Shown one piece after another: positions 19,114 to 28,254 of a DNA stretch of 64,000 nucleotides. The number at the start of each line of letters is the position of its first letter. Positions within the stretch are counted from its first letter, which is position 1. Under the pieces are notes generated by a model. That model saw nothing but the letters and a program-made list of their open reading frames with translations, searched no databases and was not told the DNA's origin. Both the position numbers and the translations under genes were made by a program. The DNA is from Parcubacteria bacterium C7867-008 (GTDB taxonomy: Bacteria; Patescibacteriota; Minisyncoccia; Phycocordibacterales; Phycocordibacteraceae): the NCBI GenBank assembly GCA_001189215.1, contig LFCR01000004.1, positions 162,244-226,243 of the forward strand, in the 5' to 3' direction.

Positions 19114-19347
19114 ATGAAAACGCTACTTTTCGGTGCAGTCGCATTAGCTGCCGTGGTCGCCGTCCCGGGCGTCTCCCTCGCGCAGACCTATGCATACGTT
19201 AACCAGAGCGGAGAAGTGATGACCACGGATGCACCCAATGCAAACCAGGCCATTATGACCGCTCCAAATATCGGCCTACATAGCGGAGTAATGCTGCTCC
19301 AAGACAGCTCTGATCCCGTTGTGGGCGATACGGTGAACGGCGTCTAG
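19114..19347 (+). CDS. Small secreted protein
   Basis: Signal peptide ending SLA; hairpin follows. Confidence 0.75.
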   Translation: MKTLLFGAVALAAVVAVPGVSLAQTYAYVNQSGEVMTTDAPNANQAIMTAPNIGLHSGVMLLQDSSDPVVGDTVNGV

Positions 19348-19366
19348 CTCTTTGCTCTTTCGTTCA

Positions 19367-19401
19367 GCATACAGGGACGGCTTTCGCCGTCCCTGTATGC
19401 A
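19367..19401 (+). terminator. Hairpin/terminator
   Basis: GCATACAGGGACGGC-tttc-GCCGTCCCTGTATGC. Confidence 0.65.
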
Positions 19402-19456
19402 TTTACTTCATGAAGAAAATGTTTCCTTATTTGCACACCTTGATACACTTATACTT

Positions 19457-20533
19457 ATGAAATATGCACCTTCACTTCTCATAGCACTGATGCTTGTCGT
19501 ACCGTTTAGTACGCATGCGGCATCCAAAAAACCATCTTGTGATTTAAGTGTCATGACCACACGTGGTGAAACTTCTTTTAGTAAGAGTGGTACTATCTTC
19601 GCTCTAGAAGGAGAAGATGTAACTCTTAGTTGGGAAAGTTCTAATGCCACAAAAGCAAAGAACATAGATGGTGATTCACTCTCACTATCTGGATCGAAAC
19701 ATGTCTTTCCTAAAGAAAATACCACCTATTCCTATACCTTCACGTCAGGAAGTAAAAAGGTAGTGTGTAAGGTTGATGTAGTTATCGCAAACGTAGCAAT
19801 TGATACGAGCTCGCTTTCAAATGCAAGTACAAAGCCAACTATTACTGGTACTGCATCAGGTACTAAGGTGGTGCGTGTAGTTATTAGTGACAAGAATGGT
19901 GACGATACGATCTTCACCAGCAAGGATGTAAAGGTGAAGGGAGGGAAGTGGTCTCTAAAACTTACAAAGAGTCTTGATACGGGCACCTATTCCATAGCTG
20001 TGTATGGCGAAAAACGATACAAGCTGAATATGCTTGCAAAAGGAACGCTTGGTGTAGGGGTGAAAGGTTCATCTGGAACAGTGAGCGGTACAAGTACTAT
20101 TTCTGCTTCGATGCTTCCACTTCTCACAGGAGGCTCAACGGGACCTACAAGCTCCGTGCCCGTAGCCTATCTGAAATTGGTTAATACTGGCAGTGCACCC
20201 GCAACACTTTCTGGTGTGTCATTGAGACAGAATGGTAGTGCTCCAACAGCAAGTGTTGTTGGGTTTACCACCGTGGATGATAAAGCACTTAATCGCACAA
20301 CGGTTGGTGGCACTGAAGGCAGCGCGGTGTTTAAGAATGGTCTTGCGTACGTACCACTCACCGGAACCATTGCACCAGGCCAGATCCGTATTTACACCGT
20401 AAAAGCATTACTTTCACGTACTTTGGTTGCAGGATCTACCCTTATGCTTGATGTGCAGTCTGTGGATACTTCAAGCACGGTGAATGGAGCACTCCCAATT
20501 CGGGGTGTTACCTGGTATCTCCGTGCATATTAG
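19457..20533 (+). CDS. Secreted Ser/Thr-rich beta-sandwich (Ig-like) surface protein
   Basis: Signal peptide; VTLSWESSNAT, PTITGTASG...GKWS Ig-like motifs. Confidence 0.75.
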   Translation: MKYAPSLLIALMLVVPFSTHAASKKPSCDLSVMTTRGETSFSKSGTIFALEGEDVTLSWESSNATKAKNIDGDSLSLSGSKHVFPKENTTYSYTFTSGSKKVVCKVDVVIANVAIDTSSLSNASTKPTITGTASGTKVVRVVISDKNGDDTIFTSKDVKVKGGKWSLKLTKSLDTGTYSIAVYGEKRYKLNMLAKGTLGVGVKGSSGTVSGTSTISASMLPLLTGGSTGPTSSVPVAYLKLVNTGSAPATLSGVSLRQNGSAPTASVVGFTTVDDKALNRTTVGGTEGSAVFKNGLAYVPLTGTIAPGQIRIYTVKALLSRTLVAGSTLMLDVQSVDTSSTVNGALPIRGVTWYLRAY

Positions 20534-20600
20534 GCGTTGTACGGAGTGCGATTAGGATTTATCCTATAGGTACACATTACTCATCGCTAGCTCTTTACTC

Positions 20601-21845
20601 ATGACTCGTACTAGTATTTCTTCTGCAGCAGGCATCATGTTCTTTACGATTGCTGCTGTGGTATCGGCACCAACCGGTGCACAGGCAGCAACCAGCTGCA
20701 CATTCTCACGTGATCTCTCCGTTGGCACAGAAGGAGAAGATGTGCGCTGTCTTCAGAAGTATCTGAACGAGACAGGATTCACTATCGCTGCAAGTGGCGT
20801 AGGTTCTGCAGGTCATGAGACAACACAACTGAAAGATCTAACGGTGAAGGCACTCATGAAGTGGCAGGAAGCAAATAGTATTTCTCCGGCAACGGGTGCT
20901 TTTGGTCCAAAGTCACGTGCAGCATATGCAGCCCTCAAGGGTGGGGCACCTAATCCTCCCACCTCAACACCCGCTCCTTCTACCGGAGCTGATGCAGATG
21001 CCAAAGCCAAGCTTGAAACACTCCTTCTACAGCTAAAGGCGCTTCAAGCTGCACAGGGCAATACCGGAAACACGTCTACCACACCAAAACCAACCACGAG
21101 CTCAAACAGCACTAGTGTACAGCGTACGATTCTCGAGACACTTGAGATGATCGATGATGCAGAGGATCAGATAAGTGATACCGGAAGTGATACCGTCAAC
21201 GCTAAAGAAGAACTTGCTGATGCAAAGCAAGATCTCTTTGACGCTATTAAGGCGTATTTCCGTGGTGATACGGCACGTGCAGCAAAGGATGCAGAGAACG
21301 CACTAGATAATGCACGTGATGCCTTTAAGGATGCAGGGGGTAAGACTAAAGACGATAAGGTAGAGGGTCAGCTCGATGCGGCTCAAGATCTTATTGATAA
21401 CGTGGATGACGATATCGAAGACGCTGCAGATGACGGTAAAACTGTTACTGAGGCCCGTAAAATACTTAAAAAAGCACAGGCTACCCTTGATAAAGGATTC
21501 GAAGCCTTTGACGATGAGGACTTTGACAATGCGAAAGAGCTAGCTGCGGACGCAAAGGACTTTGCAAATGATGCAAAGGATGAAATCGGCAGTGGTTCAG
21601 GAGATAAGACAGATGCAAAGGATGAAATCCGCAATGCAAAGGATGCAATCAGCAACCTTGAAGATGATATTGATGAGGCAGAAAATGACGATGATGATAT
21701 CGGGGATGCCAAGTCATTCCTAAGCAAGGCAAAGAAAGCACTCACCAAGGCTGAGGATAGCTATGACGACGAAGAATATGACGACGCCATCGAATCTGCA
21801 CAGGATGCACAGGACTATGTCGATGATGCAGAAGACGAACTTTAG
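20601..21845 (+). CDS. Secreted peptidoglycan-binding protein with acidic helical repeats
   Basis: FSRDLSVGTEGEDVRCLQKYLN...TGAFGPKSRA PG-binding motif; Asp/Glu/Ala-rich C-terminus. Confidence 0.82.
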   Translation: MTRTSISSAAGIMFFTIAAVVSAPTGAQAATSCTFSRDLSVGTEGEDVRCLQKYLNETGFTIAASGVGSAGHETTQLKDLTVKALMKWQEANSISPATGAFGPKSRAAYAALKGGAPNPPTSTPAPSTGADADAKAKLETLLLQLKALQAAQGNTGNTSTTPKPTTSSNSTSVQRTILETLEMIDDAEDQISDTGSDTVNAKEELADAKQDLFDAIKAYFRGDTARAAKDAENALDNARDAFKDAGGKTKDDKVEGQLDAAQDLIDNVDDDIEDAADDGKTVTEARKILKKAQATLDKGFEAFDDEDFDNAKELAADAKDFANDAKDEIGSGSGDKTDAKDEIRNAKDAISNLEDDIDEAENDDDDIGDAKSFLSKAKKALTKAEDSYDDEEYDDAIESAQDAQDYVDDAEDEL

Positions 21846-21859
21846 AGTATGCTGGACTA

Positions 21860-22069
21860 ATGCCAGAAGTGGTCCACAACGTGGTGAGTGAATACCGTGC
21901 TAAAACAAACGTAACCCAGGAAGAACTGGCAGTGGCTGTTGGCGTAAGTCGTCAGACAATCATTGCTATTGAGAGGGGTAACTACACACCATCGGTATTA
22001 CTTGCACTTAAGATCGCTGCATACTTTAAGAAACCGGTTGAAACCATATTCACTCTCCACCATGCCTAA
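21860..22069 (+). CDS. XRE-family HTH transcriptional regulator
   Basis: TQEELAVAVGVSRQTIIAIERGNYTPSVLLALKIA. Confidence 0.93.
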   Translation: MPEVVHNVVSEYRAKTNVTQEELAVAVGVSRQTIIAIERGNYTPSVLLALKIAAYFKKPVETIFTLHHA

Positions 22070-22427
22070 TGCCATGACACTGCAACTAATTTCTAGCCTT
22101 GTTCTCGTTGCGCTCGGAATTATATTCCTCAATCCGCTTCATCTCTGGATGACGACTATGGCACATATGGTGATCCTCGGATTCATTGTTGCTGCCTTTG
22201 GTGTATTTGCTGCACTCTTACTGCGTGAGCAATCTGGCGACGAACGAGAAACCATACACCGTATGCTCGCAGGGCGTGCAGCCTTTCTAACGGGTGCCAC
22301 CATTCTGCTTGTTGGTATTGTCTGGCAGGCATTCACAGGCACAGTAGACGCATGGCTCATTCTTACGCTTTGCGGCATGGTTCTGGCGAAAACAGCCATT
22401 CGGTTCTACGGAGAACACCGAATGTAG
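22062..22427 (+). CDS. Membrane protein (DUF2178-like) coupled to XRE regulator
   Basis: 4 TM helices with DERE motif; overlaps regulator stop. Confidence 0.7.
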   Translation: MPNAMTLQLISSLVLVALGIIFLNPLHLWMTTMAHMVILGFIVAAFGVFAALLLREQSGDERETIHRMLAGRAAFLTGATILLVGIVWQAFTGTVDAWLILTLCGMVLAKTAIRFYGEHRM

Positions 22428-22438
22428 CTGTGGATAAG

Positions 22439-22460
22439 CATGTAAAGTGCACTTTACATG
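22439..22460. promoter_or_regulatory. Perfect 22-bp palindrome, likely XRE operator
   Basis: CATGTAAAGTG/CACTTTACATG; extra GTAAAG half-site at 22466. Confidence 0.65.
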
Positions 22461-22506
22461 TCGTGGTAAAGGGATATCATATATTCATTAGCTACTAAGC
22501 AATTTT

Positions 22507-22788
22507 ATGATGAACAAGCACGCAGTGTGGATCGCAGTGATTATTGTCGTTCTTCTAGCAGGTGGAGCAGCATACGCTATGAATGAGAACTCCAAGATGG
22601 AAAAGATGGAGGCAGACAAAATGATGATGGAAAACAAGGACGCAATGATGAAGGGCGACGATAAGATGATGCAGCCTGGTGACTCTATGATGAAGGCCGA
22701 AGACACCATGATGAAAGGAGAAGACAAAATGATGAAGGATGACGGCGCCATGATGAAGGCAGAGGGCGGTGCAATGATGGCTCAGTAA
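22507..22788 (+). CDS. Exported Met-rich repeat protein
   Basis: N-terminal TM/signal, then ~7-residue MMKxxDx repeats. Confidence 0.85.
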   Translation: MMNKHAVWIAVIIVVLLAGGAAYAMNENSKMEKMEADKMMMENKDAMMKGDDKMMQPGDSMMKAEDTMMKGEDKMMKDDGAMMKAEGGAMMAQ

Positions 22789-22792
22789 TACC

Positions 22793-24532
22793 ATGACGCT
22801 TCTCTTCATATCGTTTATAGCGGGGTTGCTTACGGTGCTCGCACCTTGCATTCTTCCGCTCTTGCCGGTAGTGGTGGGAAGCTCAGCAGCAGGGCGTAGC
22901 CGCCTCACCCCCTTCGTGGTGGTGGGGTCGCTCGCTGTATCCGTGATCTTATTCACGTATCTGCTTAAGGTATCAACTGCATTCATCACCATTCCTCCCT
23001 ACGTATGGACGGTGATATCAGGTGGTGTGCTGGTATTCTTCGGTCTTACCCTTGTGTTTCCTGCACTATGGGAAAAGATTCCTGGTGTTGCGAAACTGTC
23101 TATCGAAGGTAACAAGTTAGCAGGGAAGGGGTACCAGAAAAAGAGCTTTGCGGGAGACATTCTCATCGGTGCAGCTCTTGGCCCCGTATTCTCTAGCTGC
23201 TCGCCAACATACTTCGTAATTCTTGCATCAGTGCTTCCTGCAAGCTTCGCGCTCGGTTCTCTCTACTTACTCGCGTATGTTGTTGGTCTATCGATCTCGC
23301 TCCTTGCCATTGCAATGCTTGGACAACGGTTCGCCGATAAACTCACCGGTGTAGCGGATCCTAAGTCTTGGATAAAGCGAAGTATTGGTATCCTGTTCAT
23401 CGTATTAGGGGTCTTGATTATTTCAGGTCTCGAGAAAAAGATTGAGGCAGGTATTCTAACCGGTGGATTCTTCGATGTAACAAAGGTTGAGCAATACCTA
23501 CTTCAGTCTTCAGACGGTATGGGTATGGCCAACAATGGCTTGTCTATTGGCATGCTTACTGAAACAGAGAAGGCTATGAGATACCAGAAAGAACCTGAGC
23601 TGGTTACTCCTGACGCATACTTAAACACTAATGGTGAGGCAATTAATCTTGCACAGTACAAAGGCAAGAATGTTGTTCTTCTAGACTTCTGGACATACAG
23701 CTGTATTAATTGCCAGCGCACACTTCCGTACATCACTAAATGGTATGGGAAGTATAAGGATCAAGGGTTGGTGATCATTGGGGTGCATACTCCTGAGTTT
23801 GCCTTTGAGCATAAGCAGGAAAATGTGCAGAAAGCTCTAAAAGAATTTGGTATTGAGTATCCCGTGGTACTCGATAACGAATATAAGACCTGGAATGCCT
23901 TTGGAAATCGATTCTGGCCACATAAGTATCTGATCGATATTGATGGCTATATTGTCTATGACCACGCAGGGGAAGGGGAGTACGACGTGACAGAGAAGGC
24001 TATACAAGCTGCTCTTGCAGAACGAGCTACTCGTCTTGGTGAATCAACCGATGGTATTAGGTCAGATACTGTATCAATTGATACTCAAGATTCTGAAGCA
24101 CGTAGTCCAGAAACATACTTTGGTAGTGCACGTAATCAGTACCTCGGTAACGGGGCGCCGAAGAAGCAGGGGATACAGACACTCACCTTTCCCAAGAGTC
24201 TTGTACTGAATACACTCTACCTGCAGGGAACATGGAACTTCTCTTCTGAGTACGCAACAGCAGCAAATGAGGCTCGCATCCGATATACGTACAATGCGAA
24301 AGATATATACTTTGTCGCCAGCGCAGCACAACCGGTGACGATAACCGTCTTGCGTGACGGTGAACCAGTTGGACGTTTTGCTGGTAGCGATGTGGATCCG
24401 AAAACTTCCACAGTCACGGTTAGTCGAGATGGCTTATACAAACTCATCCATGACGACTCAGCGGGAGTACACACTATTGAGCTCATTATTAAAGGGGACG
24501 GCTTAAACGCATTCACCTTCACGTTTGGATAA
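22793..24532 (+). CDS. dipZ: DipZ-like protein (CcdA/DsbD TM domain + thioredoxin + C-terminal domain)
   Basis: APCILPLLP, FSSCSP, DFWTYSCINC, GVHTPEF, SPETYFG, AFTFTFG. Confidence 0.9.
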   Translation: MTLLFISFIAGLLTVLAPCILPLLPVVVGSSAAGRSRLTPFVVVGSLAVSVILFTYLLKVSTAFITIPPYVWTVISGGVLVFFGLTLVFPALWEKIPGVAKLSIEGNKLAGKGYQKKSFAGDILIGAALGPVFSSCSPTYFVILASVLPASFALGSLYLLAYVVGLSISLLAIAMLGQRFADKLTGVADPKSWIKRSIGILFIVLGVLIISGLEKKIEAGILTGGFFDVTKVEQYLLQSSDGMGMANNGLSIGMLTETEKAMRYQKEPELVTPDAYLNTNGEAINLAQYKGKNVVLLDFWTYSCINCQRTLPYITKWYGKYKDQGLVIIGVHTPEFAFEHKQENVQKALKEFGIEYPVVLDNEYKTWNAFGNRFWPHKYLIDIDGYIVYDHAGEGEYDVTEKAIQAALAERATRLGESTDGIRSDTVSIDTQDSEARSPETYFGSARNQYLGNGAPKKQGIQTLTFPKSLVLNTLYLQGTWNFSSEYATAANEARIRYTYNAKDIYFVASAAQPVTITVLRDGEPVGRFAGSDVDPKTSTVTVSRDGLYKLIHDDSAGVHTIELIIKGDGLNAFTFTFG

Positions 24533-24551
24533 CACTGTTTGGTCCTGACTT

Positions 24552-24585
24552 TGTACACACCGCGCCTCAGGGCGTGGTGTGTACA
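24552..24585. terminator. Hairpin after dipZ
   Basis: TGTACACACCGCGCC...GGCGTGGTGTGTACA; no clear T-run. Confidence 0.5.
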
Positions 24586-24602
24586 TGCTATAGAATGAGA
24601 CT

Positions 24603-24842
24603 ATGAAGAACACTAAACGGAAAGAAAACCGTACTGCAACGATGTTGAAGAGGTTGGTTTCCCCAAAGACTCCCCTTGGTGGCGCACTTGTGGGCGGGGC
24701 CTGCGTATTTCTATTATTTATATCGTATTCACTTATCAGTGGTCAGACACCCGAACAATCTCGTACCCGATTTGTTGAAAAGTATCAATCGGTTAATCAG
24801 ACCGCATACCGTGTTCCGGTGAAAGCAAAGAACACTCGCTAA
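24603..24842 (+). CDS. Small single-TM basic protein
   Basis: ATG 6 nt after TAGAAT; one TM; 4 nt before pilin. Confidence 0.6.
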   Translation: MKNTKRKENRTATMLKRLVSPKTPLGGALVGGACVFLLFISYSLISGQTPEQSRTRFVEKYQSVNQTAYRVPVKAKNTR

Positions 24843-24846
24843 TTCT

Positions 24847-25584
24847 ATGAAAACAAAATTACAGACAAAGCGTGGCTTCACTCTCATTGAGTTGCTTGTG
24901 GTGATTGCAATCGTTTCCTTGGTATCCAGTCTTACCTACGCAAATATCGCTAGCGCTCGAACAAAGGGTCTTGACTCGCGCAAGAAGGCTGACCTTTCAT
25001 CGGTTCGTACTGCTATTCAATCCTATACGCTTGATAAAGGTCGTCCTCCGCATAACTATGACTGTTCTGGTGGCTGTGTTGTGAATGATTCACGCACAAC
25101 ACTCGCTATTGAAGATGCGCCTGGTACAGCACCAACAGAAAGTGGTAAGGCATATAACGCATCCATGCAGGAGCTTGTTGCTGGTAAGTATCTCCCTGCA
25201 GTTCCTCGTTCTCCTGGTGGAGCTGGCTACGCATACTACAACTATGGTGCAGGCACTGCTGCAGGTGCAATTATTGGAACCTCACTTGATGCAGAAAAAT
25301 CTAGTGCCACTGGATCAACTGGAACCTGCCGTCCATTCCCAGGTGGAAGCGGTGGTGATTCTGGCGGTGGAGAAATTGGTGGCGGAGGAGGCGGTCTACT
25401 TGATGTATTTGATCTTGGTGGGGGTGCTGGCCCTGGAGGTGTTGGTGTGTGGTTAAACTGCACCTATGTTGATGCTGGTGGCCTGACCTACGAGGCGCCG
25501 TGTCCTCCAGGATTTGATGGAGATACGCCAACCCTTTGTTCCGCAAGCGACTCAAAAGACTTCTGCTTCTGCAGTCCGTACTAA
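24847..25584 (+). CDS. Type IV pilin / pseudopilin
   Basis: KRG-FTLIELLVVIAI prepilin motif; ARTKGLDSRKKADL helix; Cys-rich C-terminus. Confidence 0.92.
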   Translation: MKTKLQTKRGFTLIELLVVIAIVSLVSSLTYANIASARTKGLDSRKKADLSSVRTAIQSYTLDKGRPPHNYDCSGGCVVNDSRTTLAIEDAPGTAPTESGKAYNASMQELVAGKYLPAVPRSPGGAGYAYYNYGAGTAAGAIIGTSLDAEKSSATGSTGTCRPFPGGSGGDSGGGEIGGGGGGLLDVFDLGGGAGPGGVGVWLNCTYVDAGGLTYEAPCPPGFDGDTPTLCSASDSKDFCFCSPY

Positions 25585-25600
25585 AGAAGATTCTGTAAGA

Positions 25601-25636
25601 AGAAAGACCTGACGTACGTCAGGTCTTTCTGTTTTT
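25601..25636 (+). terminator. Terminator (perfect 30-bp palindrome)
   Basis: AGAAAGACCTGACGT/ACGTCAGGTCTTTCT then GTTTTT. Confidence 0.8.
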
Positions 25637-25865
25637 GTTCCCATGATCTGCTATGGCATACTCTAATACTTTTGGATAGGAATTTTCATGTCCACCAGCC
25701 GGAGACGGCGTCCATATTGACTCATTAGGAATTTACTGACAGGCTCTTTTTAGATACCCAGTAGTGAGCAGCTGTATGTGCCTGATGTTGTTCAGACGTA
25801 TACAGCTGCTTAAGGCAGCTACTGTAAGGATGTTCCTTACGGTGCACTCCTCAAGGGAGAGCGAG

Positions 25866-26336
25866 ATGAAACGACCGATTACCCTTACCCGTGGACAGCT
25901 GACGGGAATGATCTCAGCCCAGAACGCGGTCTCGTACATGCTCCTAGACACCCAAGATGGGAAAGTCGTGGGAGCCACCCGGAGACAGGTCTGCTGGGTA
26001 GAGCTAAAGATCAGACGCTTTGACGACGTCGCCATGGACCAGAGCGTCCATCACAAACATGTGATGCGCGGCACGATGGCGTATCAGGAACCCGACGGCA
26101 CGTCCATCGAGTTTCGGGTCCTTTCCATCTACACCACCCAGAATCCAACCGGAAAAGGACGGCGTCACAACTGTCCAACGAGTCTGCGGGTTCGAATCAC
26201 CTCACCCTTCGGCAAGCCGGTGGAACGAGGTTTCGAAGCGGGAATGGTCGAAATTTTCAGGACCGGACGCAACTACGAACAGCATCTCGCTGAAGTCCGG
26301 GACATGAGACCCACACCCGAACCAGATAGCTATTAG
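25866..26336 (+). CDS. Hypothetical protein (GC-rich orphan)
   Basis: SD GGGAG before ATG 25866; structured leader; terminator at 26445-26473. Confidence 0.72.
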   Translation: MKRPITLTRGQLTGMISAQNAVSYMLLDTQDGKVVGATRRQVCWVELKIRRFDDVAMDQSVHHKHVMRGTMAYQEPDGTSIEFRVLSIYTTQNPTGKGRRHNCPTSLRVRITSPFGKPVERGFEAGMVEIFRTGRNYEQHLAEVRDMRPTPEPDSY

Positions 26337-26444
26337 ACTACTAAACCGCAGAAAAGGTCCGATCCCTTCCTGCGATTGAGCAAGAAGAATTGCATCTAAC
26401 TGTTCAACCCCAAGGACAAAAGTCCGGGCACTTAATCCCAAACT

Positions 26445-26473
26445 GGCACCGCCCACAAGGCGGTGTCTTTATT
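26445..26473 (+). terminator. Intrinsic terminator
   Basis: GGCACCGCC-cacaa-GGCGGTGTC then TTTATT. Confidence 0.7.
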
Positions 26474-26989
26474 ATTTACTCTTTAAAATTGCAGTACTCA
26501 CTGTGGCCCAAAACAGGGAAGTAACCTCCCCTGTCCGAGATAAAATATGGCCCACTATATAAGTAGAATTAAGAGGGGAGCTGATCTCGGATAGACGTTC
26601 CGTGCATGAATACAAATAGACTTGATAGGATTGATACATTAAGCGAAGGAAGAATAAGTCGTGGGGAACACATACCCAAAGACAACAATCTGGAGCGATC
26701 AATTCAGCCCCAATACATGGTTTGCTATATGTATAAGTCGTAAAAGATATATTGTACGACGTACTAGTATCAAAGGCCCCTACTGATTCAACAAAGAAAT
26801 TCACTCCGAACAACTTGTCTACTTTGGATCCTTCTCTTCCCTCTTAATGGATGCGACTATCCAGACTCGCTCGCTCCTATACCTGCAGAAATTATTTCTC
26901 CAGTACTAATTTTAGGAAATGGACCACTTCCCCGAAAATCACTTTTTATCGATGGGGAACACCTTATGGGTACTTTATCTATAAATGAA

Positions 26990-27012
26990 GAAAGGGGCTC
27001 CGGCCCCTTTTC
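26990..27012. terminator. Bidirectional-type terminator
   Basis: GAAAGGGGC...GCCCCTTTTC. Confidence 0.65.
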
Positions 27013-27022
27013 TTCCCTGCTC

Positions 27023-27460
27023 TTATTCGTGAAATAGTTTTCCTTGAACGAATCCTTCGATTAACTTCTTGTGTCCAATGAAAAGTGGTTCGGGTAGTGC
27101 ATCTAAGGTAAACCATTCCCAGCTGTAGCACTTGTCTGGTTCAGTATTCACGACTTCTCCTTTTACATCTTCAGCACGGAATCCAAAGTGCACATAATGA
27201 TTCCCGTCATCACGAGGATCATTCTCTGCGATAACAAAGGTCATGGATCCTGCATCAAGATTTGTTTCTTCTTTAAGTTCACGCGTTGCGGCTTCCATCA
27301 TCATCTCTCCATGTTCAAGATGTCCTCCTGGAAGTCCCCATTCACTATCGTGGTAGCTAGACTTACGCTTTCCTAACAAAAGCTTTCCGTCTCGAATAAC
27401 AAAGACATTAATACCGGCCGGAAATTGTGGTCGGGTGCTGTTGATGTTTTGATTTTCCAT
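27023..27460 (-). CDS. NUDIX hydrolase (NUDT15/MutT-like)
   Basis: LPGGHLEHGE...ATRELKEET; EPDKCYSWEWF. Confidence 0.9.
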   Translation of the reverse strand: MENQNINSTRPQFPAGINVFVIRDGKLLLGKRKSSYHDSEWGLPGGHLEHGEMMMEAATRELKEETNLDAGSMTFVIAENDPRDDGNHYVHFGFRAEDVKGEVVNTEPDKCYSWEWFTLDALPEPLFIGHKKLIEGFVQGKLFHE

Positions 27461-27462
27461 AG

Positions 27463-28254
27463 TTAGCAGCTCGTAACGTTCTTCTGAATGTACGCCATCG
27501 CATCATCCACACTATCCGTGAGATAGTAGAGATCTAGATCAGCTGCATCGATAGCACCGTGCTCTGCAAGAAGCTTTGTCTTGAAGAACTCAATAAGTGG
27601 CTGCCAATACTCAACCCCAAAGAGAACTATTGGAATAGGTCGAATCTTCTTAGTCTGCACGAGAGTTATGATCTCGGTGAACTCATCAAGGGTTCCATAT
27701 CCTCCTGGGAAGAAGATGTATACGTCTGAAGAGTATGCGAGCATCACCTTACGCACGAAAAAGTGATCAAAGGAGACACTGTCGGTGAGGTACTGATTCA
27801 GTCCCTGCTTCATACCAAGATTGATGTTGAGACCAACAGAAGCGCCTCCTCCATCGTGGGCACCTTTATTAGCAGCCTCCATGATGCCTGCACTTCCACC
27901 AGTGATAACGGCATATCCCGCCTTGGCGAGACGACTCGCTAGGTCTGTTGCTGCTTCATAGAACACCGGTTCAAAGGTCTGACGAGCGGTACCGAAGAAG
28001 CTTGCTGCAAGACCATACTTTCCAATGAGTTCGAAACCACTTACGAACTCCGCCATGATCTTAAAGACTCTCCAGCTCTCAAGCTGTGCCGGCTTACACA
28101 CCAACGGCTGATGTACCTCAGGTACTTCCCTCTTCCCTGTTTGAATTGCTTGTATAAGTTTCTGCCCCATCACTTCGTGATGTTCTTCAAGCAACGGTAA
28201 AACAGGCGGAACGACGCTCGGCTGCGTTTGTTCAGGAACTAGGTGGTCGTCCAT
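27463..28254 (-). CDS. LOG family (TIGR00730) protein
   Basis: ITGGSAGIMEAANKGA, FFVRKVML, PGGYGTLDE. Confidence 0.9.
   Translation of the reverse strand: MDDHLVPEQTQPSVVPPVLPLLEEHHEVMGQKLIQAIQTGKREVPEVHQPLVCKPAQLESWRVFKIMAEFVSGFELIGKYGLAASFFGTARQTFEPVFYEAATDLASRLAKAGYAVITGGSAGIMEAANKGAHDGGGASVGLNINLGMKQGLNQYLTDSVSFDHFFVRKVMLAYSSDVYIFFPGGYGTLDEFTEIITLVQTKKIRPIPIVLFGVEYWQPLIEFFKTKLLAEHGAIDAADLDLYYLTDSVDDAMAYIQKNVTSC

Noticed and set aside
22429-22437. DnaA-box match TGTGGATAA (near-matches at 17290 and 51292)
   Set aside because: Isolated boxes with no cluster, unwinding element or dnaA/dnaN nearby; not oriC.
22600-22780. 21-nt periodic repeats resembling an array
   Set aside because: These are coding repeats of the Met-rich protein, with no constant repeat plus unique spacers; not CRISPR.
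26472-26813. 113-aa minus-strand ORF
   Set aside because: TTG start with no SD or properly placed -10, and implausible composition; not called as a gene.
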